Of a DNA stretch of 64,000 nt, positions 38,887 to 48,786 are shown one piece after another; position 1 is the stretch's first letter, and each line of letters begins with the position of its first letter. The position numbers were made by a program, and so were the translations under genes. The DNA comes from Candidatus Helarchaeota archaeon (GTDB taxonomy: Archaea; Asgardarchaeota; Lokiarchaeia; Helarchaeales; RDOG01), in assembly GCA_019058315.1 (NCBI GenBank), contig JAHPZH010000007.1, positions 96,001-160,000 on the forward strand, read 5' to 3'. The notes below the pieces were generated by a model. It searched no databases, was not told where the DNA came from, and was given only the letters and a program-made list of their open reading frames with translations.

Positions 38887-39573
38887 ATGAGTGAAGAAGA
38901 AGTCATAATCGCAGAAAATGTTTCTCATGAATACCGTAGAGGTAAAGATATAACTGTTGCAATTAAAAATATCAATTTGAAAATAAAGAAAGGTGAATTC
39001 TTAGTAATAGTAGGACCTTCGGGAAGTGGAAAATCCACTTTATTAAATATTCTTAGTGGAATGGATAAACCTACAGCTGGAAGAGTGATTCTAGATGGAT
39101 TAGACACTGGAATGATTGAAGAAGATCTTTTTCCAAAAATAAGAAGAGAAAGAGTCGGGTTTGTATTTCAAAATTGGAATTTAATTGATGGTCTCACAGC
39201 AATTGAAAATGTTGAAGCACCTCTTTGGCCCTCAGATTTAAATGGTAAAATTATCGAGGAGCGAGCGTTAACTTTGCTACGTTTGATTAACCTTATAGAA
39301 AGAAAAGATCATCATCCAAAAGAATTAAGTGGCGGGGAGCAACAACGGGTTGCAATAGCAAGGGCTTTAATTAATCAACCAAAAGTCGTTTTTGCTGATG
39401 AACCAACAGGAAACTTAGATAGCAAAACCGGTGAAGAAATAGTTTCATTATTAAAACGTTTAAACGAAGAAGAAAACGTAACTGTTATAGTAGTCACACA
39501 CGATGATAGTCTAATAAAATTCGCTGATAGAGTAATATATCTTAAAGATGGACAAATCAAAGAAACTAGATAA
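38887..39573 (+). CDS. ABC ATP-binding protein (LolD/MacB-like)
   Basis: GPSGSGKS, LSGGEQQRVAIARAL, ADEPTGNLD. Confidence 0.95.
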   Translation: MSEEEVIIAENVSHEYRRGKDITVAIKNINLKIKKGEFLVIVGPSGSGKSTLLNILSGMDKPTAGRVILDGLDTGMIEEDLFPKIRRERVGFVFQNWNLIDGLTAIENVEAPLWPSDLNGKIIEERALTLLRLINLIERKDHHPKELSGGEQQRVAIARALINQPKVVFADEPTGNLDSKTGEEIVSLLKRLNEEENVTVIVVTHDDSLIKFADRVIYLKDGQIKETR

Positions 39574-39616
39574 TCTTTTATTTTTTTATAATTTGCCTAA
39601 AAATAAGAATTGAAAA

Positions 39617-42600
39617 TTAAGTTCGATCCTTTAATTTCAATTTTGGCATTATATTTAAACTCATTAATTCTTGTAATAATAATTTAAATGCATATGATAC
39701 TGTAACTCTTGAAATTTTTACTTTATCTCCACAGATTGGGCAATAATATTTATCTTTATTACGATCATAGACCCCTATCATTCCACATTCATCACAAATT
39801 AAAACTGTGGTTTTATCTGATTCATCCAGTAATCTCTCTTTTAATAATAAAGCCGCACCATGTCCAATTAAACAATCTCGTTCCATTTCACCAAAGCGTA
39901 ACCCTCCTTCTCGTGCTCTTCCTTCTGTAGGTTGTCTAGTAAGAATTTGTACAGGTCCTCTTGCGCGAGCATGAATTTTATCAGCCACCATATGATGGAG
40001 TTTTTGGTAATAAACTATCCCTATGAAAATATCTGCATCATATTTCTCTCCAGTCGTCCCATTATACATTGGTTCACGACCATTATGATGAAATCCAAGT
40101 CTATTCAATTCTTCATGAAGAGTGCCTGTAGGAACCCCTGAAAATGCAGTACTATCTATTCTTTTTCCAGTTAAAGATCCAATTTTACCAGCAATAGCTT
40201 CAAAAATTTGCCCCAATGTCATACGTGAGGGGATAGCATGTGGATTAATGATTAAATCAGGAACAATACCGTCAGCTGTAAAGGGCATATCCTCCTGAGG
40301 AACAATTAGTCCTAATACTCCTTTTTGACCATGGCGAGATGCAAATTTATCTCCTAGTTCTGGAACTCTTTGATCTCTAACTTTTATTTTAACCAATCTA
40401 TTACCATCAATAGTTTCAGTTAAAATAACGGAGTCAACTACACCATTTTCACCATGACGTAAATTTACAGAAGTTTCTCTTCTTATTGGAGCTGGCAATT
40501 CAAATTCTCTATATTCTTCTAAGAATCGTGGTGGACTTGTTCTGCCTATTAAAACTTCACCACCTTTTATTTGAACTTCTGGCTCAATTATTCCATCTGC
40601 TCCAAGATGACGATATGCTTCGGCGACTCTATATCCCCGGACACTCCTATCTGGAACTTCGAACTTATCTTCTTGACCACCTGGATATTTCTGTTCTTCT
40701 GCTTCATAACAACGGAAAAATGAAGAGCAGCCTAAACCACGTTCTTTTGATGCTTTATTAATAATTAAAGCATCTTCTATGTTATATCCTTGAAATGAAA
40801 TGATTGCTATTATAAAATTTTGACCAGCTGGTCTTTTATCAAAGCCTATGGCTCCCATAGCTTTAGTTTTTACAAGTGGTAGCTGAGGATAATGTAGTAA
40901 ATGACCTCGTGTATCTACCCGTAAATTAAAATTAGCGCTATATAAGCCAAGAGCTTGTTTTGCCATTCCGGCTTCATAAGTGTTACGTGGAGATTGATTA
41001 TGTTCGGGATACGGAATTACTGCAGCCGTTATTCCAAGGATTGTAGAAGGTGCTATCTCTAAATGAGTGTGTGTTTCATTAATTTCAGATTCATCTAGAG
41101 CAATATAACAATTTTCTTCTTCTTCAGCATCAAGATATTCGACTATTCCATTAATAATTAAATCAGTCCATTGCCATTCCTTATTTTTTATTTTCTCAAG
41201 TATATCAACCGTTAGTTTAGATTTAGCATTTTCGACAATAATAACTGGCCTTCTAGCACGTCCCGCATCACAATTAATCTGAATTTCATTTGTATCCTCA
41301 TAAAGTGCTATATTCACTTCATGATCTATTTCATTCCTTCTCCTTTTGACTCGAATTTGATTTATTAATTCACCAGGATTAGAATGGAGTCCTACTAATC
41401 TTCCATTTAAGAAAACTTTCGCTCCACTCATGAGTTTCTTTTTTCTTATTTCTTCAATTAATTCAAGTCCTAGATCCAAAAGCAAACTTTCAATCTTTGC
41501 TTCATCAGATCCTACTGAAATATAAGCCATGAGGGTAAGATTCTTAACCAAGCCACAATTCGGTCCTTCTGGGGTTTCATTGGGGCATATCTTACCCCAA
41601 TGTGTTGGATGGAGGTCTCGCGCCTCAAAATGTGGCTGACTTCTGCTTAATGGGGATACAACCCGTCTTAAATGACTCAAAGACGAAATATAATTAGTGC
41701 GATCTAATAATTGTGAAACACCCGCCTTTCCTCCAACCCAATTTCCAGTTGCTAAAGCATGACGGAGTCGTTCAGTTACAACATCAGCACGAACAGCGGT
41801 TCTTATATTTGGACGTTTTCCCCTAACTGTTGTCCTTTCAAGTTGGTATTTAATATCACGACATAAATTTAAAAAGGCTACTCGAAAAAGACTTGTAAGC
41901 AAATCTCCTGCAAGTTTTAATCTTTTATTTGCATAATGATCTTTATCATCTGGGTCTCTTTTTGCTACAGATAATTCTAGTAAGCGTTGTGCCATTTGAC
42001 CCAAATAAAAAGCTTTTTTAATGCGATCTTTACTTTCTCTTCCAATATGTGGTAATAAATATCTATCCAAAATTTGGCCAGCTCGCCTAAGACGATATTC
42101 TCTAGTCTGTCCTACTGCTACTCGTTTTCCTATATAATCAAGTGCATTTTTTAACGTATTTTCTGGGTCTTTAGGTATATTTATTGGTGAAGCAGCCTCC
42201 AAAGTTGGTATTAATTTTCTATGAATCTGGGGATCAGCAGTAATTGCTTCTGTAATTTCCCTATCGCTAACTAGGCCTAATGCCCGCATCATAATAGCTA
42301 AAGGAACTTTTCCTGGAACTGAAGGAAATGTAACTCGTAATGATCCATCTCTTTTACTTTCAAGCGTAACTGGTGCTCTAAAGCCATGAGATGTTGAAAA
42401 TACTTTTGCTACATGTGTTGCAGATACACTCTGACTTGCTTCCTCAATAAGAATCCTATTTGGTGCTAAATCCTCTCGTGTTACTAATACCCTTTCAGAA
42501 CCGTTAATTATAAAATAGCCACCTGGGTCCATGAAGTCCTCATTGAATTTGGGAAGATCTTCATCTTTGATGTTTTTCAATAAACAGACGTTTGAACGTA

Positions 42601-42976
42601 ACATTATGGGTAATCGACCAATGTAAACATTTTCTGTTTCACCCTCTACTTCAAGTCCAGTACGTTCATCCTTAAAAACAGGGGTCATTTCTAGTTTTAA
42701 AGAAGCGGAATATGTCAAATTTCGTATTCTAGCTTCCATTGGGAAAATGGGTTTCATTGAACCATCTGCTTCTTTAATCGATGGTTCACTGACCGAAATT
42801 TTTCCTAATTTCACATAAAATTGAGAAATATCAAATTCAATTTTACCTACTTCATCAACTATTTGTTGTAAGGTATTTTCAATAAAATAATTATAAGAAT
42901 CTAAATGTTGGCGCACAAGCCCTTTCTCTACAAAGAAAGCGACCATAACTGGCCAGTTTTTATTTTCACTAACCAT
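39617..42976 (-). CDS. rpoB: DNA-directed RNA polymerase subunit B (unsplit Rpo2)
   Basis: GGYFIINGSE, CPNETPEG, GDKFASRHGQKG, GGLRFGEMERD, C-terminal zinc finger. Confidence 0.98.
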   Translation of the reverse strand: MVSENKNWPVMVAFFVEKGLVRQHLDSYNYFIENTLQQIVDEVGKIEFDISQFYVKLGKISVSEPSIKEADGSMKPIFPMEARIRNLTYSASLKLEMTPVFKDERTGLEVEGETENVYIGRLPIMLRSNVCLLKNIKDEDLPKFNEDFMDPGGYFIINGSERVLVTREDLAPNRILIEEASQSVSATHVAKVFSTSHGFRAPVTLESKRDGSLRVTFPSVPGKVPLAIMMRALGLVSDREITEAITADPQIHRKLIPTLEAASPINIPKDPENTLKNALDYIGKRVAVGQTREYRLRRAGQILDRYLLPHIGRESKDRIKKAFYLGQMAQRLLELSVAKRDPDDKDHYANKRLKLAGDLLTSLFRVAFLNLCRDIKYQLERTTVRGKRPNIRTAVRADVVTERLRHALATGNWVGGKAGVSQLLDRTNYISSLSHLRRVVSPLSRSQPHFEARDLHPTHWGKICPNETPEGPNCGLVKNLTLMAYISVGSDEAKIESLLLDLGLELIEEIRKKKLMSGAKVFLNGRLVGLHSNPGELINQIRVKRRRNEIDHEVNIALYEDTNEIQINCDAGRARRPVIIVENAKSKLTVDILEKIKNKEWQWTDLIINGIVEYLDAEEEENCYIALDESEINETHTHLEIAPSTILGITAAVIPYPEHNQSPRNTYEAGMAKQALGLYSANFNLRVDTRGHLLHYPQLPLVKTKAMGAIGFDKRPAGQNFIIAIISFQGYNIEDALIINKASKERGLGCSSFFRCYEAEEQKYPGGQEDKFEVPDRSVRGYRVAEAYRHLGADGIIEPEVQIKGGEVLIGRTSPPRFLEEYREFELPAPIRRETSVNLRHGENGVVDSVILTETIDGNRLVKIKVRDQRVPELGDKFASRHGQKGVLGLIVPQEDMPFTADGIVPDLIINPHAIPSRMTLGQIFEAIAGKIGSLTGKRIDSTAFSGVPTGTLHEELNRLGFHHNGREPMYNGTTGEKYDADIFIGIVYYQKLHHMVADKIHARARGPVQILTRQPTEGRAREGGLRFGEMERDCLIGHGAALLLKERLLDESDKTTVLICDECGMIGVYDRNKDKYYCPICGDKVKISRVTVSYAFKLLLQELMSLNIMPKLKLKDRT

Positions 42977-43289
42977 CAAAATTTTTCCCTACCATTAAAT
43001 GGAATTGTTTTATATGTTTTAATATTGTATTGCTAATCTTATTTAACATTCTCACTTTCTTAAATTGTTAATTTGCAATAAAGCATGGAATTATATAAAT
43101 TTCATGATAAGATTCTAAAAACCACAACTTGCAAAAAGACTAAATTAAAATGAAAAACAAAAGATTTTAAGTTTTTCGTTTTTATCATTTTAAATCTTAA
43201 ACTCTATCATATATTCACTTTTTAAAAAATATACGTTAATTATTGAAAATTCACGGATTAAGGACACTACTAAATCAATCATTATGTCC

Positions 43290-44090
43290 TCAATTTATTT
43301 GAGGTGCTTTCATAAACTCTGATCTTTCAAAACTTGTAGCAACTAGAATTAATGGAAAGAAAAATACAATTCCATAAAAAATTATTTGCCCAAAATCACT
43401 TTCTTCTCCAACAGGAAGTGGATCTCCAGTTACTAATAACCATGCACCAAGCCAAACCAAATAGAAAATAGCATATAATATGTTTAATTTAACTGCGTTG
43501 ATGAATTTTTCTTTCTGACTCCAATTTTTCATAGCAAAAATCCATAACATTAAATATCCAAAAGAAAGCATTATGATCCCAGTAAATAACATACTCCAAT
43601 GTATTGGGGGTGCAGTCCAAGGTTGAAAAGGCTGCTCAAAATTACCCGTCGACATTATTGCGGTGTATTCCGGAGTATTAGGATGAAATAACCAATCTAA
43701 ATGGAAATGAAATAACCCTCCTGCGAGCGTAAGTTTATAACAATCAAGATAACTCATGGCTGGTTCTTTTAATCTTATGAGTGTGGGTATGAATTTCTCA
43801 GTTTTTTCAATCGTATAATGTGAGAAATAATAATAAATCAAAGCTACTACTAATGAAAAAAGCGGCCAACCATAAGCACTATGGACTAAAACAATTGATA
43901 ACCAATTAGCGTTATCTTCTGGAAATCCGAAAAGTAAGAATAGTCCTAATATTAAAACTCTAAGATCCGGACCTATGTAATTATTGGTTCCAAATATTAA
44001 TACTCTTCTCAAATCAAACCTATTATTCGTTAAATATAAAATAATTAAGCCGAATCCAAATCCAAATACTAAATGAGTGACACCAGACAA
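43290..44090 (-). CDS. Membrane-bound metal-dependent hydrolase (YdjM-like)
   Basis: THL, GPD, HS and HFHLD motifs in a multi-TM protein. Confidence 0.65.
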   Translation of the reverse strand: MSGVTHLVFGFGFGLIILYLTNNRFDLRRVLIFGTNNYIGPDLRVLILGLFLLFGFPEDNANWLSIVLVHSAYGWPLFSLVVALIYYYFSHYTIEKTEKFIPTLIRLKEPAMSYLDCYKLTLAGGLFHFHLDWLFHPNTPEYTAIMSTGNFEQPFQPWTAPPIHWSMLFTGIIMLSFGYLMLWIFAMKNWSQKEKFINAVKLNILYAIFYLVWLGAWLLVTGDPLPVGEESDFGQIIFYGIVFFFPLILVATSFERSEFMKAPQIN

Positions 44091-44256
44091 AAATTAACAC
44101 CTATTCCTTTGATTTATTTAACTTACTAATCTTCAACGCAAAATTAACTATTTATTAATTATCTTAAATTTAAAATGTCAAAAAAATTTACTTTGGAAAA
44201 ATAATTTAATTTCTTTATTTAAAACTGAATTAAAGAACTTTAAGAAGGATTATTCT

Positions 44257-44709
44257 ATGCCCGATAAGGATTTAAAAAAACTTCCAAGAAATTCAACAGA
44301 AGCTCAAGGCTTATTAATTAAAGCTTTTTACAAAAAATATGGTGATGAAATATTACCAATTGTTGATGATATATTAAGTCTTCAAGGTCGTGCTCTTGGA
44401 TTAAAAGTAAAGGAAAAAGTCCAAGATACTAAATTATCAACAATCGCGAAATTTTTTTCAAAAAACTGGGATCCAAAACTCGTGAAAGTAATTTCAATCT
44501 CAGACGAAAAATTCCATATACAAGGAACAAAATGTCCATTTGGATTAGAAAATACTTCTAGGAAACTATGTGAAGCCGTAATGGCTATTGATCGTGAATA
44601 TTTTTTTACCGCAACTGATGGGAAGACAAAATTGGAGATTCTAAAAACAGTTGCGGCGGGGGATCCCATATGCGATACTGTCTATAAGGTTTCAGAAAAA
44701 AAAGAATAA
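44257..44709 (+). CDS. L-2-amino-thiazoline-4-carboxylic acid hydrolase-like (V4R fold) protein
   Basis: KCPFG..LCE..ID..TVAAGDPIC. Confidence 0.75.
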   Translation: MPDKDLKKLPRNSTEAQGLLIKAFYKKYGDEILPIVDDILSLQGRALGLKVKEKVQDTKLSTIAKFFSKNWDPKLVKVISISDEKFHIQGTKCPFGLENTSRKLCEAVMAIDREYFFTATDGKTKLEILKTVAAGDPICDTVYKVSEKKE

Positions 44710-44815
44710 GATTTATTCCTTTCTTTCAATATGAAAATTTTAATATGATTTTTTATTATATTAATAAACAAAAAATCTAAAGGTATAGTATAATTTCAAC
44801 GAAATAGAAAAATAA

Positions 44816-44892
44816 GCGTTCGTAGTATAGCCTGGCTAGTACTTCAGCCTGCCACGTTGATGGCCCGGGTTCAAATCCCGGCGAACGCACCA
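44816..44892 (+). tRNA. tRNA-Gly(GCC), CCA encoded
   Basis: Acceptor GCGTTCG/CGAACGC, anticodon arm tcagc-ctGCCac-gttga, T-arm ccggg-ttcaaat-cccgg, ACCA. Confidence 0.96.
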
Positions 44893-44907
44893 ATTATCTA
44901 ATTTTAT

Positions 44908-44984
44908 GCGTATGTGGTATAGCTTGGTTAGAACAAGGGGCTTCCAACCCCTTAACCCGGGTCCGAATCCCGGCATACGCACCA
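44908..44984 (+). tRNA. tRNA-Gly(TCC), CCA encoded, atypical C55
   Basis: Acceptor GCGTATG/CATACGC, agggg-ctTCCaa-cccct, T-loop tccgaat, ACCA followed by a T-tract. Confidence 0.93.
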
Positions 44985-45037
44985 TTTTTTATAGAATGTT
45001 CGTGTTTTTATGTAAAAAAAAAATTTTTATGGGTTTT

Positions 45038-45427
45038 TTAGATATAATCACATGTTTTTAATAAAATAAGCGTTAAAAGCGATGAAACTATATCATAAAT
45101 TGACCCTGGGATTAAGAAAGTTGCTAATTGTGGTGACAATATTATATTTATAATTTCAAATCCCGCCATAATGAACCGAAAAATTACAGAAGTAATTGGT
45201 ATAATTAAATATGTTTCAATATCTTTTGTACAATATACAAGTAAAAATCCAAGTATTAATAATTCTACTCCTGCCATTTGAGAAAAAAGTGGTACACTAG
45301 ATAATCCTATTCCTCTTACAATAGAATCCATGAAGAAAATAAACAAAATTGCAAGAAAAATTTCAAGAATTCCACTAAAAATTAAAAATCCTTTTAAAAA
45401 TCCTTTTTTATCCATTATTTTCATCAT
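45038..45427 (-). CDS. 4-TM membrane protein
   Basis: Four hydrophobic helices. Confidence 0.7.
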   Translation of the reverse strand: MMKIMDKKGFLKGFLIFSGILEIFLAILFIFFMDSIVRGIGLSSVPLFSQMAGVELLILGFLLVYCTKDIETYLIIPITSVIFRFIMAGFEIINIILSPQLATFLIPGSIYDIVSSLLTLILLKTCDYI

Positions 45428-45446
45428 CCATAATAATTCTAAAAGT

Positions 45447-45824
45447 CTAAAAAGGAGCTAAATAAAAATCGTTTCCAATTTGTTTACCCTTAACTAGTTC
45501 ACAATGTCTTAAGACAGCAATTTGATTTTCTAATTCTTTAAGAGTAATATTGAACCTATTAGTTACATCTTTAGGTAAAGCTTGACCTTTTGTTTTAATA
45601 TATTCGTAGATTTCCCGCTGCAATTTCGTTAATCCTTCTGCACCTTCTTGTCCTAAAGTCTTACGAACATTTTTAACTAATTGTACAGCCATAGGGTCAC
45701 AGACCTTTGATGGTTGGCTGGCATCTATTTGGGCATCCATATAACAATCTTCACATAATTTTTTTCCATCAAATTCAAAACTTTCGTCTGTTGAGATTTC
45801 ACAACCACAACTCTCACATTTCAT
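45447..45824 (-). CDS. Zinc-finger + winged-helix protein
   Basis: MKCESCG..LCEDCY..CDP; C-terminal HTH with VLRHCELVKG. Confidence 0.75.
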   Translation of the reverse strand: MKCESCGCEISTDESFEFDGKKLCEDCYMDAQIDASQPSKVCDPMAVQLVKNVRKTLGQEGAEGLTKLQREIYEYIKTKGQALPKDVTNRFNITLKELENQIAVLRHCELVKGKQIGNDFYLAPF

Positions 45825-46081
45825 TCTTTCAAACAGCTCCAATAAAAATTAAGTTTATTCAATTGTAAATATAAAAAATAATTCAAAAATGTAACTTCTA
45901 ATTATCAAATAATATTATTCTTTAATTCTCAATATTCTACATGAAATTTAACTAATATCGCTATTACACTTTCAAATTAACACTAAAAGTAGTAAAAATT
46001 AAATAATTGAATTAATATAGACAATTCAAATAATATATTAGAAGTAATTGAAAGAGTGGACTATTAAGGGGATTTTATCCC

Positions 46082-48556
46082 ATGAATACTAAAAAGGAAA
46101 AGGAGGATCAACAACAAGAAAAATTTATTGATAAGAAAGCAATCCTAAGTATAATTCCAAAGGATGGAATTCCAATCAGACTGCTTTTAAAAGAACTAGG
46201 AATTTCAATTAGACATGATAAAGATATTGCTAAAAAATTATTGAGATTACTAAAAAAATTAGAAAAACAGAAGAAGTTAATAAAATTTAACAAGACATAT
46301 TATCCATATAACGAGAATTTAGCCTATAAATTGAAAGATATTAAATTTGATGATCAGTCAAAAAAATTTGAAGAAGTAAAATTTAAGGAAGAAATAAGTG
46401 AGGAAACGATACTAAGCTTGATTCCAATAGAAGGAATTTCAACCGGATCAATTTTAGAAATTTTAGGACTATTTGCTAAAGGAAATATGTCTAGCGCCAA
46501 GAAAGTATATGAAATTTTAAGAATCCTGAAGAATAAAAAAGTTATACTAGAGCACAACAATAATTATTATCCTTATAATGAGAAATTGGTTTTTATAATT
46601 CAAGACCAAAAATTTGATAAATTTCTAGAAAGGTTAGAAGAAGTTAAAATAGAAGAAGGTACAATTACTAATGATAACTATGAAGAAATAATAGCTGATT
46701 TTTTCGAAAACAAAGTATGGACATTTGAAAAACAAATTAATGATTATCAATTTAGAGAAAATTTATCTAAACTCGGTGAATTTGAATATTATGATGAAGA
46801 ATTAGATAAACCAATTATTTTCAAATATTGGACTGATACAAGATGGAAAATAGTTGAAATAGAAGGTAAAAAATATATCTTATCTCCAGCATTTTGGGAT
46901 GATGAAGAAATTCAAGTAAGATTTGCATTAATTTGTAATCCTAAATTCAATCTCAATGTTTATCTAAAGAGGGATAATAAGGAAAAAATAATCGGAAGAA
47001 TTGGATGTTTCAAAGTTATAATTGATTATTCTACCGACTTAGAGCCCACAAGCACTAAACATATAAAATTAACTATAAAAGACGAATTATTAGCTACAAT
47101 ACAAAATTTAGATCATTTTTTCACAGAACAAAAACCTTATTTCATGAGTTTTGACTATGATATCGTTCATCAAGCTTTAGAATTAATAGTAGATAAGGGA
47201 TTTGGTTCGAAGGAAATACTTAATCTCCGTTGTGATGAAATAAAGGAGATTATTTTACAGCTCATTAAAACAAATAAAGATGAGTCTAAAATAAATCCTC
47301 AAATATATATTCAACTTAAAGCTTTGCTTGACTTTAATCCAGAAAAATGGATTCATATTCTAAAGGATAAATTAGATATATGGAAATATTTTGAAAGAAT
47401 GGCTGAAATAGAAGAAGAAGATACTCTATATAAACTGTCCCCAATCATTTTGAACAATTTAAAAACGCTGAAGATTAAAAATAGAAAAGAAATCGATCCA
47501 AAGATTTATAATCAAATAAAAACCTTGCTGGGTTTTGATGAAAATGAATGGGTAGTTGATCTCAAAGACAATTTAGACATTTGGAAATATTTAGAAAAAA
47601 TATGTGTTAATGAGAAATCTGAGAGTGAAATATTTAGCGCATTATATGCAATTTCAAAATTATCTGATGAGAGAGCATTAAATTTATTATTAAAACTTTT
47701 GGATATGTCTTATAAAAGTAAGCAGAAATATCAATGGGATATTCAAAGTAGTATTATTCGAATATTAGGAGATATGGGCTTTAAGAAAGCAATTCCACCC
47801 CTTTTTGAGTTATGGAAAAAAGAGCGTCCTAGAGACCGTTTTTGGGGATTAAAGGTAGTAGCTCTTGGAAAATTAGGAGATGAGAGAGTTTTAAAATTCT
47901 TACTTCATATGTTAGGGTATTTTTATATTGGTTTATTAATAAGATTAGCGATCCCTCCAAAATCCCTAAAAATTTATCTGAAATATTTAGATCATTTGTC
48001 AAGTTCTGCAGCAGAAACCCTGGGAATGATAGGTTATGAAAAAGCTGTAGACCCACTCATCCAAGCTTTAAAAAAAGGAACTAAAGGTCTAAGAAGAACA
48101 GCAGCTATGGCCATTGGAAAAATTGGTGCAATCAAAGCTATAGATCCACTCATTAAAGCTTTAAATAATGAGGAAGACGAGATTCTTGATTCTATAATTT
48201 GGGCTCTTAGCGATATAGCGAGGGCTCATGAAGATGTAATTGATAAGATACGCACTATGGGATTAGAAAAACTTATAAAATACCTAAAAAGTAAACGTGA
48301 ACGGGTTCGACACCAGACAGCAGAGGCTCTTGGAGTTATCGGTGATGAAAGAGCAATAGATCCACTAATTCAAGCTTTGACTAATAATGATGATGATCCA
48401 TTTTTTAGGCATAATTTATTTTTTGCACTCACTGAAATTGGCGATCCAAGAGTAATAGAACCCTTAAAAAAAGCTATAGAAAAAGAGCTAGATACAGAGA
48501 CAAAGGAAAATATGGAATATTATTTGGAAGAATTTCTAAATGGTGAATTAGAATAA
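46082..48556 (+). CDS. Large HEAT (PBS lyase) repeat protein with duplicated N-terminal domains
   Basis: AAETLG..AVDPLIQAL-type repeats in the C-terminal third; two internal tandem duplications. Confidence 0.8.
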   Translation: MNTKKEKEDQQQEKFIDKKAILSIIPKDGIPIRLLLKELGISIRHDKDIAKKLLRLLKKLEKQKKLIKFNKTYYPYNENLAYKLKDIKFDDQSKKFEEVKFKEEISEETILSLIPIEGISTGSILEILGLFAKGNMSSAKKVYEILRILKNKKVILEHNNNYYPYNEKLVFIIQDQKFDKFLERLEEVKIEEGTITNDNYEEIIADFFENKVWTFEKQINDYQFRENLSKLGEFEYYDEELDKPIIFKYWTDTRWKIVEIEGKKYILSPAFWDDEEIQVRFALICNPKFNLNVYLKRDNKEKIIGRIGCFKVIIDYSTDLEPTSTKHIKLTIKDELLATIQNLDHFFTEQKPYFMSFDYDIVHQALELIVDKGFGSKEILNLRCDEIKEIILQLIKTNKDESKINPQIYIQLKALLDFNPEKWIHILKDKLDIWKYFERMAEIEEEDTLYKLSPIILNNLKTLKIKNRKEIDPKIYNQIKTLLGFDENEWVVDLKDNLDIWKYLEKICVNEKSESEIFSALYAISKLSDERALNLLLKLLDMSYKSKQKYQWDIQSSIIRILGDMGFKKAIPPLFELWKKERPRDRFWGLKVVALGKLGDERVLKFLLHMLGYFYIGLLIRLAIPPKSLKIYLKYLDHLSSSAAETLGMIGYEKAVDPLIQALKKGTKGLRRTAAMAIGKIGAIKAIDPLIKALNNEEDEILDSIIWALSDIARAHEDVIDKIRTMGLEKLIKYLKSKRERVRHQTAEALGVIGDERAIDPLIQALTNNDDDPFFRHNLFFALTEIGDPRVIEPLKKAIEKELDTETKENMEYYLEEFLNGELE

Positions 48557-48786
48557 TAAAATTTGAGACTGAAGAAAAAGCAATCAAAGAGCTCAAAAAA
48601 AGAACTTATAAATCAATTAAAGGCAAAGGGAAAATTAGAACCTTCTTTAAAGAGTAAAATTAATACTTTAATACATAAAATCAATTTTATTGAGAAGAAT
48701 TCAGATCTTGAAGAACAAAAAAAGATTTCGGATTATTTAAATCAAAAAAAGAAATAGGGTCTTTCTTTTTAAATTACTTAATATAA

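Noticed and set aside
48563-48757. 64-aa Lys-rich ORF
   Set aside because: No motif, TTG start, low complexity; may be real but cannot be supported.
44816-48760. tRNA-Gly pair as the integration site of an island
   Set aside because: No integrase or transposase, and no duplicated tRNA 3' end seen downstream.
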